DNA of 64,000 nt, from contig JABVCE010000010.1 of the NCBI GenBank assembly GCA_014905635.1, positions 806,001 to 870,000 of the forward strand, written 5' to 3'. Under the pieces are notes generated by a model. The model searched no databases, was not told the DNA's origin, and worked only from the letters and a program-made list of their open reading frames with translations. Below, one piece after another: positions 51,576 to 61,472 of the stretch. Numbering within the stretch: the stretch's first letter is position 1; every line of letters begins with the position of its first letter. The DNA comes from Scenedesmus sp. PABB004. Taxonomy: Eukaryota. The translations under genes and the position numbers were made by a program.

Positions 51576-53040
51576 TCAGTCGCACCGCCGCGCGCGCTTG
51601 CCGCCGCCGCCCTGCCGGCCGCCACGCGCGGCAGCGGCGGCGGCGGCCGCCGCCGCCGCGGGCGAGCCCTCCGCGCCGCGCGCGCGCGCACCCGCCGCGG
51701 GGCGGTGCGGCATGACGCACACGCCGGGCGGCACCAGGGCCTTCATGAGCTGCCAGTCCTGCATGGTGAGGGCCATCACAAACTGGCCCGCGCCGTCGCC
51801 GCCGGGCGCCGGCGCGCCGGCCTTGTCGGCCTCGCTCACCCACTGCACCTGCAGCCCCGCCTCGGTGTCCGGGAGCAGCCGCACGCGCTGGTCGCGCACC
51901 TGCGCGCGCGCGCGCGGGCAGCGGCGGCGGCGGCGGCAGCGCTCGTTTCGCGGCGGCCGGCGGCCGCGGGCGCGCGCGCCGCGCCCCGTCGCCGCGCCGT
52001 GCGTGTGAAAACGCGTGTGTGAAGTGTGAACGTGTGCGCGCACCAGGAAGCTGAGCGTGAAGACGTTCTCGACCGTCTCGGCAAAGCTGGCGTGGCTGCA
52101 CACCAGCTGCACGACCGGCAGCGCCCCGCCGCCGCGCCGGCGCAGCGCGGCCCACATCGCCTCCATGTTGCGGTCGGTCTCCTGCGCCTCGCCCTCCTCG
52201 CCGCCCTGCAGCTCCGCGGGCCGCTCCAGCGCGTCGGCGGCGCGCTTCGCGCGGCGCACGCCCTGCTTGCGCGCCTTGGCCTGCGGCGGGAGCAGGGCAC
52301 CCGCGGCGGCGTGGGCACGTGCGGCCGCGCGCGCACGTGTGGTCGGCGGCGCGCGCCCGCGGGAGCGCCAGCGCGGCCCGCGGCGCGCACCTCGGCCGCC
52401 AGCGGCCCCAGCATGCAGCCCAGGCCCGGGCCGCGCCGGTGCAGGGCCGCGGCCTCGGCGCCGAGGCTGGCCCAGTCACACACGTCCCCCGCGCCCTGCC
52501 CCGGCAGCGGGTCGGCGACGAAGCGGGCGCGCAGCGCGCGCACGAGGTCGGCCGGTGTGCGCCCCTGCGGCGCGGCGGCGGCGCGGGCGGCGGGCGGCGG
52601 GGCGTCGGCGGCCGCGTGCGAGGCGCGGGCTGCCAGCGTTTGTGCGCCGCGCGGCCCCGGCCCCGCCGCGCGCCCACCTGGTTGGTGGCCTGGCCGTGCC
52701 GCAGCAGCTGCAGGCTGCACTCCGCGAGCTGCGCAAAGACCTCGGCGTCGACCGCGTGCTCGCGCGGCCGCGAGACCTGGCGGTGCAGCGCGTCGAGCTC
52801 CCGCAGCTTCGCCTGCAGCGCCTCCGCGCCGCCCCGGGCCACCAGGTTCTCCTTGCCCGCTGCGGCGGCGGCGGCGCGCCGGCGCGGCGCGCGCGGGGCG
52901 GCGGCTGGGCCGGGGCGGCGCGCAGCGCGGGCAGCGGCGCCCGCCCGCTCAACAACGGGCGTCGCGCCGCGCCGCCGCTCACCCAGGGCGTCGTCCGCGA
53001 GCGAGCGGTACCTTCCGCGCAGCGCGCGCCTGTCGTCCAT
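51576..53040 (-). CDS. NSE4: SMC5/6 complex kleisin subunit NSE4
   Basis: DRRALRGRYRSL, VSRPREHAVDAE, DWASLG, CMLGPL, QETDRNMEAM, SFAETVENVFTLSFL|VRD, QFVMALTMQDWQLM, MPHR. Confidence 0.92.
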
Positions 53041-53402
53041 CTGTGGGCGCGGGCGCGGGGCGGTTCAGGCGCGCAGGCGCGCGCGACGCCGCGGCGAGCG
53101 CTCGCCATCGCGCACGCACGCTGGGCTCCAGGGGCGCCTCCTGGGCCGCGCCGCCCCGTCCCATGGCAGTTTGTGCGATCCCCGCGGTCGGCCAGCGACG
53201 GCAGAGCGTCCCAGCACTACACGCGACAGACGGTGCGTTGTTGCGCGCGCGCTCTCCCCCGCGCGTGCGCCTCGCGGCGCGCGCTGGCTGGCCTGCGCCG
53301 GCTATGCACAAGCTGTACAACGAAACGAACCAGGCAGGCGCCGCGGCCGGCCCGCCGCGAGAGCGGTGCGGCCGCTTGGCGGGCGGGTGGTGACGCTCGA
53401 TG

Positions 53403-54149
53403 GCGCGCGTGCGGGAGCGGGGGCGCCGGCTGACCTGCTGCTTGCGGCGCCGCGCGGCCGTCCGAGGCACGCGACGCGAGCCAGGGCGCAGCGCGCGCCC
53501 CGGCCATCAGAACCGCGAGAAGCTTGCTCGAGCTCGCCGGCAGCCCGCGACACCGCGCTCCGCTCCGCTCGCAGCCAGGCGACACCCCCGTCCAGCGCAG
53601 CTGCGCCCAGCGCCCGCCCAGCGCCGGCACACAGCGCGCCCGCGCGACAGCCTACCCCCCGCCGCCGAGCGGCGCGCCGGGGGGCCGCCATGTGGACCGG
53701 CCTGCTCGCGGCGCTCGCGGGCGGCGGCGGGCCGCCGGGGAGCGGCCCGGGCGGGCACGCCGGCAGCCTGCCGGAGGGCGACGCTGTGTGCGTCATGCAG
53801 ATCACGCCGCCCGCGGGCGGGGAGGGCAAGGACCTCGTGGCCAAGCTCGGCGCGCTGCGATCAGCTCGCGCGGCGGCGCGGCGCGGCGGCCCGGGCGGCG
53901 GGCATCTGGGTCCTGCGCCCGTGCCCGCCGCGCCGCGCGCCGGCTGCGCCGCACCGCGCGGCGGCGCCGGGGCGGCCCGGCTCGACGCGCTGCCGCCGCA
54001 CGCGCTGTGGGAGGTGTGGGCGCGCCTGCCGCGCGCGAGCCGGCGCCAGCTCCGCGCAGCCAGCGTGGCGCTGCACCGCGATGCCTCGCGCACGGTCGCG
54101 AGCCTCGCCCTGACCGCCTCCGACCTGGGCGAGGCCGCCGACGAGCAGC
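53403..54149 (+). repeat. Source copy of a 747-bp segment duplicated in inverted orientation at 59729-60472
   Basis: Manual alignment: about 10 substitutions plus three small indels. Confidence 0.95.
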
Positions 54150-56044
54150 TGGCGCGGGTGCACTCGTGAGTACACACTTCTCGCGCGCGTGGCGGCGGGG
54201 GTTTGCGGCGGCCGCTGCTGCTGCTGCCACGCGCGCGCGTGTGCGGCGCCGGCCGCCCGCGACGCCGCCCCGCCCGCTCCCGGGCCCGCCGCCCATCCCG
54301 ACACCCTGTCCGCGCCGCCGCAGGCTGTTCCCGGGCCTCAACGCGCTGCACCTGCACCTGGCCGCGATGAGTTCAGACGAGCTCGCGGCCGCGCTGGGCG
54401 GCCTCGGCCGCGGCGGCGCGCTGCCGCACCTGCACACGTTTGCGCTTGACGCCCGCCTGCGCGGCGACGGCCTGGCCACGCTCGCGCGCTTCCTCGCCGC
54501 CTGCTCCAACAACATGCGCGCGCTGTCGCTGCCGGGCCAGCGCGGCGCGGCGCCGGCCGACCAGCGCCGCCTCGCGGCGCTGCTCGAGGGGCTGCTCGGC
54601 CTGGAGCGGCTCGACCTCGGCGCCGCGCCCAGCAGCGGCGACGCAGCGGGCGCGAGCAACGCGCTCTCCCCGAGAGTGATGAGGTGCGCGGGCCGCCGCG
54701 CCGGCCGCGGCGCGGGCGCGCGCGCGCGCGCGCGGCGACCCACGACGCCCCGCCCGCCCGCCCGCCCGCTCCAGGCGCGTCATGCGGCTGCACGGCCTGC
54801 GCGCGCTGGCGTGCAACGCGAGCGCCGTGCCGGACGAGCAGCTCGCAGGGCTCGCCGAGCTGCGCAGCCTGCGCGCGCTGAACCTCAGCGCGGCGGGCTC
54901 GGGCGAGGCCCTGGCCGCCGCGCTGGCGTGCCTGCGCCAGCTGAGCTCGCTGGAGCTGCAGCACCCCGCGCTCACCGGCGAGCAGCTCGTGGGCCGCCTC
55001 GGCGGCCTGGGGCAGCTGCAGGTGCTCGCCCTGGGGCTCTGCCCTCGCGTCGACGATGAGATCATGCCAGAGGTGCGCCGTACGCGCGGCCAGGGGGGTC
55101 TCAAGGGCGCGCGCGCCGCAGCGGCCGCAGGCGCCAATGCGACCCCCGCCGCCGCCGCTGCGCGCGCAGGTCGCGCGCCTGCGCCGCCTGGAGCGCCTGA
55201 CGGTGCCGTTTGCGCTCACCGCGGCGCACCTGCGCATGCTGAGCCGGCTGCCGCGCCTGAGCGAGCTCATGGCGTGGCGGGGCGTCGAGCTGGAGCTGCT
55301 CGGCCCCGCCCACGACCCGCTGCGCGGCGTGACGCGCCTCGTCGCGCACTCGATCCAGGGCCAGGGCCGGCCCGTGGGCGCCTGGTTCCCCGCGCTCGCG
55401 AGCGTCGCGCTCAAGCGCTGCAGCGACACGGCCGCGCTCTCGCTCCGCGGCGCGTCGGGCCTCACGGCGCTGCTCGCCGGCGACTGCGCCGCGCTGACCG
55501 ACGAGGGACTCGCCTGCCTGCGCGACCTGCGCGGCCTGCAGAAGCTGCAGCTCGACAACGCCGGCCAGGTGCGGCGCCGCGCCGCGCCACGCGCACCCGA
55601 GCGCGACCGCGCGACCGCGCCCGCCCGCTCACCCGCCGCCGCGACCGCCGTCGCGATTGCCGCCGCGCGCAGGTCACCGACGCCGGCTTCTCCCTGCTCT
55701 TTAGCGCGACCATGCCGGCGCTCCACAGCGTCAGCCTGGCCGGCTGCGGGTCCGTGACGGACGCGGGGCTGCAGGCGCTGACCGGCAGCTGCCGGCGCCT
55801 GCAGTCGGTCAGCCTCGCGGGCTGCCGCCACCTCACCGACGCGACGCTGCGCCGCCTGGCGCACTGCGAGCACCTCACCGCGGTGAGCCTCAAGGCCTGC
55901 CGCGGCTTCACGTCCGAGGGCGTCGCCGCGCTCGCGGCGGCGCCGCACATCAGGAGCGTCGCCGTCGCGGGCTGCCCGGGCGTGCGCGCCAGCCAGGTCC
56001 GCGCCCGCCCGGGCGTGCGGCTCACGATCACGGACCGCGCGTGA
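53690..56044 (+). CDS. F-box-like / leucine-rich-repeat protein
   Basis: LDALPPHALWEVWARL...LRAASVAL (F-box-like); Cys-containing LRRs (LHSVSLAGCGSVTDAGL, LQSVSLAGCRHLTDATL, LTAVSLKACRGFTSEGV); 5 exons. Confidence 0.85.
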
Positions 56045-56127
56045 TGCGCGCCGCCCGCAACGCCGGCCGGGCCGCAGCCGGCCCGCGCCGCGCGGCGCGC
56101 CCGGGCCGGCCGCTGCCCCTCCTGCTG

Positions 56128-56191
56128 CCGCTGTTGACGCGCTGTTGACGCCGGCGTGTCCCGCTGTTGACGCGCTGTTGACGCCGGCGTG
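56128..56191. repeat. Tandem duplication with 33-bp period, four GCTGTTGACG units
   Basis: ccgctgttgacgcgctgttgacgccggcgtg at 56128-56158 and 56161-56191. Confidence 0.9.
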
Positions 56192-56338
56192 CGCGCGTGC
56201 GCGCGCGCCGGCTGTGCTGCCGCCTTCACTCTGCATTTGTGCTGCGATTCTCTGGTTGCTCGTCGCCTCGCTTTGCTCGTCGCTGCTGACCGACCAAGAC
56301 CCGCGCCCCGCCCGACCTGGCGGCGCGCCGTCTGCTTT

Positions 56339-56383
56339 TGATCGTCGCTGACTGACTGATCGTCGCTGACTGATCGTCGCTGA
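56339..56383. repeat. TGATCGTCGCTGA x3
   Basis: Copies at 56339, 56357 and 56371. Confidence 0.85.
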
Positions 56384-56857
56384 GCGAGACCAGCATTTCA
56401 TCTGACGCCGCCGGGGCTCGCCCGGCGCTGACCGTTTTGACTCGCGGCCGAGACCGTTTGCGGGGCGGTGCCTGTGTGTGGGTGCATCAATTGGCGCGCG
56501 CCGAGCGCGCGCGCGTGTGCAAGAAGCGCCCCCGCCGTGCGGGGCGCCGCAGGTTTTGCTGCTGCTGGGTGCGTGGGCTTGCTCCGTGGGTCCGTCTCCC
56601 CTGTGCCGCCCTGGGCCGCGGCCTGAGCAGCGCTGCGACGCGGCCGGCGGCCTCATCCCGTCTTCTTCCCATCTTTGTCAGCTTGTGTGTGGGTTTGTTG
56701 TTGTTGCTGTGGTTGTTTTTGCGCTGCACTCTGGGTGTGTGGTGCTTTTGTCCTTTGGTCCTTGCGCTGCTGCGCCCTGGGTGCGTGGCGGTCCTAGCTG
56801 CTGCTGGGCTTGCGCGGCGCGGCAGGATGCGCGCCGCTGCCGCCGCCCTGCGCGGCC

Positions 56858-56862
56858 TGTAA
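56858..56862 (+). terminator. TGTAA polyadenylation signal (F-box/LRR gene)
   Basis: TGTAA after a TG-rich 3' region. Confidence 0.55.
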
Positions 56863-56917
56863 AAGCACACTGTCGCGACTCCGTTACGCGGCCTCTCAAG
56901 CCCCCCGCCCCAGTCCC

Positions 56918-58947
56918 TCAGTGCTGCTGCGGCGCGCCGCCAAACATGCGCGCGCACATCGTCTCCATGGCCGCCGCGAAGGCCGCGGGGTTGGCGAGCG
57001 CGCCGGGGCCGCCGCCGCCGCCGCCGGGCGCGGCGCCGCCCTGCTGCATCGCGGCGCCGAGCTGCGCGCCGACGGCGTAGAGCTCGCGCATGAGGTCCGG
57101 GTTGAACACGCCCCCCGGCGCGGCGCCGCCGAGCGCGGCGGCGGCGGCGTGGTGCTGCTGCTGCGCGGCCGCCGCCGCGGCGGCGGCCTGCTGCTGCGCC
57201 GCCCAGCGCCACGCCTGCGCCTGCGCGGCGGCCGCCTGCGCCGCGAGCGCGGCCTGGGCCTGCCCGCCGCGCAGGACCTGGTGCTGGTACGGCGGCGCGC
57301 CGGGGCGGCCCGCGCGGTGCGCCGACCCGCGCCGGCCGCCGCCGCGGCCGCCGCCGCCGCGCGGCGCCGGCGCCGGCGGCGCCGCGTCCTCGTCCGAGTA
57401 GCTCTCGTCGTCGTCGCCGCCGCCGCCGCCGCCGTACGCGGCGGCGGCGCCGTACGGCGCGGCGGCGCCCCAGCCGGCCGCGCCGCCGTCGTCGCGGCCG
57501 AGCCCGGGCGCGGGCGACGCCGAGGCGGGGGCCTCGACCTGGTAGTCCTGCAGCGAGCTCGGCGCGCGCCGGTTGCGCGTCTGCGGGCGCCGGCAAAGGC
57601 GGCGGCGGCGACAGCGGCGTCAGCGCGGCAGCGGCGGGGCGCGCGAGCGCGCGCGTGGAGGCGGCGCGGCGGCGGGGTCGGCGGCGGCGGCGGCGCGCCT
57701 CACCCGGCGGTGGCCCATGTCCTCCGTCTCCTGCAGCATCTCCTCCTCGCGCCGCGCGCGCCCGCCGCGCGCGCGGCCGCGCCCCGCCATGCTCGCCTGC
57801 AGCTGGTCCAGCAGCACCTCGCTCTGCCAGTCGTCCCACTCGGCGCGCACGCGCGCGTACGGCGCGCCCGCCGCCTTGAGCCGCGCCCAGCGCTGCGCGA
57901 GCGTGGCGCCGGCCTCGAAGCGCGCCAGGTAGGCAGCATACTCGCCGTGCGCCGCCGCGGGCTCGCCCGCGCCCGGCGGCGGCAGCGGCGGGATCGGCGG
58001 CAGCGCGAGCGCCTCTGGCGAGGCCGGCCGCGGCGACGCCGCGGCCGCCTCGGGCGACGCCGGCGCCGCGCCGGGCTGCTGCGCCGCCTCCGGCTGCTGC
58101 TGCGCCGCCTCCGGCTGCTGCTGCGCCGCCTCCGGCTGCTGCTGCGCCGCCTCCGGCTGCTGCTGCGCCTGCTCCAGCTGCCCCTCCAGCTGCTGCTGCT
58201 GCTGCACCGCAGGCTGTGGCGGCTCGGGCGTCGGCAACTGCTGCTGCTCGGGCTGCGGCTCGGGCTTCACGCCGGCCTCGACCGCCGCCACCGCCGCGGC
58301 CTCCGGCGCCGGCGCTTGGGGCCCGGGGCTGCCGGGCGCTGCGGCCGCGAACTCGGCGGGGCTGCCGCCCGTGGGGCTCGCGCCGCCGGCGCGCGGCTCG
58401 CCGGCGGCGGCGGCGGGGCCGCTGCCCGCGCCCGCCGCGGGCGGTGGGTGGTGGCAGCCGTCGGAGGCGGCCGACGCGGAGGAGCCGCCCTCGGCGCCGC
58501 CCCCTGGCGCCGGCAGCGCGGGCCGCTTGGCCGGCGGCGCCGCGGTGCCGTCGTCGGCCGGCGGCGCCGACGTGGCGCCGGCCTCCAGCGCGCGGCGCTT
58601 GCGCGTGCCCACGGCGCTGCCCGGCGACGACGTGGTGGGCGTGCCGCCCTCGCCGCCGCCGGGGCCGTCTGCGGCGCGGCGCGGCAGCGGCAGCGGCAGC
58701 GGCGCGGCGTCGGCGGTCGGCGGCGGCGGCGCCGGGTGTTGACCGCCGCCGGGCGGCTCGCACGCGCCCCGCCGCGCACGCCCCCGCCCCCGCACGGCCC
58801 GGGGGCCCGCCGGCGCCGGTCAGCGGCCCCAGCGCATCCCGCGGCCCCAGCGCGCGCGCTGCCACGCCCCCGCGCCCGCTGGCCGCCCGCGGCGCCCTTG
58901 CCCTCACCCGGGGCGGCCTCGGCGCTCGCCTTCTTGCGCGGCGGCAT
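56918..58947 (-). CDS. Uncharacterised low-complexity, probably nuclear protein
   Basis: MPPRKKASAEAAP|DGPGG...RKRRALE (NLS-like); QQQPEAA repeats; helical core EYAAYLARFEAGATLAQRWARLK...EWDDWQSEVLLDQLQ; C-terminal FNPDLMRELY; 3 exons. Confidence 0.7.
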
Positions 58948-59199
58948 GGGGAACTGCAGGCCTCTCGGGCCGGCCTGCGCGCGCGGCGCGCGGGCGTGAC
59001 GCGCGGGGCGGTCTGCGATTGCCGCGGCAGGGCGGGGGCCGGGGCCGCGACGCCCCCCGCGACCGCGCGCCAGCCGGGTGGGCTGTGCTGCCCGCCCGCT
59101 CCCGGCGCCAGGCGGCCCGCCTGCACGATGGCAGTGCCTCCCCCGGTCTGGCAAAGCGCTTTCAGACCGCCAGCCGGGGCGGCGAGCGATGGCGCGGCC

Positions 59200-59730
59200 C
59201 CGCCGCGCTGCAGCCCGCCCGCCTCGCCGGGAGCCAAGCCTCCCCCCTGGCGCGCGCACCGGTGCCGGAGCGGCGCGCCGCCGGTCGCCCCGGGAGCGAC
59301 GTCCACAGCTGGGAGGGCGGCGCCGGCGCGCGAGCGCGGTGCTGGCTCGGGGGAGCAACGTCAACCTGGCCGCGCGGGCGCCGCTGGTGGGCGACGGCTG
59401 AGCGCGGGGACGTGGGTTGCGGGCTGACGGTGAGTGGGCGCGGCGGGCGCGGGAGGGCGCGCAGGCGCAGCTGTACGGCGCGCCGAGCCAATAACAACTC
59501 GGCCGCCGTGCTGACGCCCACCGCACCCCCTGCCAGGCGGCGTTGGCCTGCCGGCCGGCCGGCTCGCGCACAGCCAGCCGACCGCCGCAGCGCACGCGCC
59601 GCGCAGCGCAGCGGCGGCCGGGCGCGCGCCCGGCCGCAGCGCGCGCGCCGGCCCCGCCGCGCCGGCGCTCGGCCGTGCGCGGCGCCCGCGCCTCCGAGTC
59701 GGCGGCAACGGCGGGGGGCGCCTGGATCGC
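59200..59730 (+). repeat. Left arm of a 531-bp inverted repeat
   Basis: Reverse complement of 60579-61109; mismatches only at 59388, 59479 and 59668. Confidence 0.97.
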
Positions 59731-60185
59731 TGCTCGTCGGCGGCCTCGCCCAGGTCGGAGGCGGTCAGGGCGAGGCTCGCGACCGCGCGCGAGGCGTCGC
59801 GGCGCAGCGCCACGCTGGCTGCGCGGAGCTGGCGCCGGCTCGCGCGCGGCAGGCGCGCCCACACCTCCCACAGTGCGTGCGGCGGCAGCGCGTCGAGCCG
59901 GGCCCCGGCGCCGCCGCGCGGTGCGGCGCGGCCGGCGCGCGGCGCGGCGGGCACGGGCGCAGGACCCAGATGCCCGCCGCCCGGGCCGCCGCGCCGCGCC
60001 GCCGCGCGAGCTGATCGCAGCGCGCCGAGCTTGGCCACGAGGTCCTTGCCCTCCCCGCCCGCGGGCGGCGCGATCTGCATGACGCACACAGCGTCGCCCT
60101 CCGGCAGGCTGCCGGCGCGCCCGCCCGGGCCGCTCCCCGGCGGCCCGCCGCCGCCCGCGAGCGCCGCGAGCAGGCCGGTCCACAT
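59361..60185 (-). pseudogene. Chimeric 274-aa ORF: F-box-like exon 1 fused to inverted-repeat-derived sequence
   Basis: MWTGLL...GEAADEQ matches the parent except 5 substitutions and a 1-codon deletion, then reads into the left IR arm; lacks the parent splice donor and all LRRs. Confidence 0.6.
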
Positions 60186-60472
60186 GGCGGCCCCCCGGCG
60201 CGCCGCTCGGCGGCGGGGGGTAGGCTGTCGCGGGCGCGCTGTGTGCCGGCGCTGGGCGGGCGCTGGGCGCAGCTGCGCTGGACGGGGGTGTCGCCTGGCT
60301 GCGAGCGGAGCAGAGCGCGGTGTCGCGGGCTGCCGGCGAGCTCGAGCAAGCTTCTCGCGGTTCTGATGGCCGGGGCGCGCGCTGCGCCCTGGCTCGCGCG
60401 CTGCGTGCCTCGGACGGCCGCGCGGCGCCGCAAGCAGCAGGTCAGCCGGCGCCCCCGCTCCCGCACGCGCGC
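59729..60472 (-). repeat. Inverted partial duplicate of the F-box/LRR gene (287 bp upstream region + most of exon 1)
   Basis: Matches 53403-54149 in reverse complement. Confidence 0.95.
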
Positions 60473-60578
60473 GCCGCCGCGAAGCGCGCGCTGAACGTCA
60501 CTTGCCTGAGCTCGCGTCACGCGTCGTCCGGCCACACACCCTTGGACACGCGCCCCTGGCGGGGGGTACGCCGCAGCG

Positions 60579-61109
60579 GCGATCCAGGCGCCCCCCGCCG
60601 TTGCCGCCGACTCGGAGGCGCGGGCGCCGCGCACGGCCGAACGCCGGCGCGGCGGGGCCGGCGCGCGCGCTGCGGCCGGGCGCGCGCCCGGCCGCCGCTG
60701 CGCTGCGCGGCGCGTGCGCTGCGGCGGTCGGCTGGCTGTGCGCGAGCCGGCCGGCCGGCAGGCCAACGCCGCCTGGCAGGGGGTGCGGTGGGCGTCAGCA
60801 CGGCGGCCGAGTTGTTATTGGCTCGGCGCACCGTACAGCTGCGCCTGCGCGCCCTCCCGCGCCCGCCGCGCCCACTCACCGTCAGCCCGCAACCCACGTC
60901 CCCGCGCTCAGCCGTCGCCCGCCAGCGGCGCCCGCGCGGCCAGGTTGACGTTGCTCCCCCGAGCCAGCACCGCGCTCGCGCGCCGGCGCCGCCCTCCCAG
61001 CTGTGGACGTCGCTCCCGGGGCGACCGGCGGCGCGCCGCTCCGGCACCGGTGCGCGCGCCAGGGGGGAGGCTTGGCTCCCGGCGAGGCGGGCGGGCTGCA
61101 GCGCGGCGG
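60579..61109 (-). repeat. Right arm of the 531-bp inverted repeat
   Basis: Reverse complement of 59200-59730. Confidence 0.97.
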
Positions 61110-61139
61110 CCGCCAGGTTTTTTCGGGAGTGAGCTCAGA

Positions 61140-61144
61140 TTACA
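61140..61144 (-). terminator. TGTAA polyadenylation signal of the 61473-64000 gene
   Basis: ttaca on + strand about 330 nt past the stop, 30 nt outside the IR. Confidence 0.6.
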
Positions 61145-61472
61145 GCGACCTGCGCCGCGACCGCCGTGTGGACGGCGATGCAATGCGCACGCACGCGTGG
61201 GCGGCGCCGTCGGGCCACAGCAAACAAATGAGCCGTCGCGTTACGCCGCCGCGACAGGAACTGCATGGATACCCCACCACCTTCTCCCACATCGCCGCCC
61301 ACGACGTGAAGCCCCTGCACGCGCACCCGCCCCGCGAGCTTGGCGTCCCCTCCCAACGCGCCGCCAACACATCATGCGGCTGCCACGCGGGCGCAGCGTG
61401 TGGGCCGTGCTGCGCCCCCAGGCCCGCGCCCAGCCCGGCCAGTCCCTGCGCCCCACCACCCTCGCCCGCGCG

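Noticed and set aside
32499..53040. Cell-division cluster (p31comet, Sfi1-like, VPS2, NSE4)
   Set aside because: Interleaved with unrelated genes; explained by gene density.
59128..59427. 99-codon + strand ORF MAVPPPVWQSAF... entering the left IR arm
   Set aside because: No recognisable domain; length expected by chance at this GC content.
59614..59637. Perfect 24-bp palindrome in the IR arm
   Set aside because: Entirely G/C; such palindromes arise easily in this composition.
59200..61109. Pure assembly fold-back artefact
   Set aside because: Arms differ at 3 sites, the captured copy has about 10 substitutions and 3 indels, and a unique 106-bp spacer exists; not fully excluded without reads.
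59191..61118. Canonical MULE/hAT transposon call for the fold-back element
   Set aside because: Flanks (ggcgcggcc / ccgccaggt) show no target-site duplication and there is no transposase; kept as an unclassified inverted repeat.
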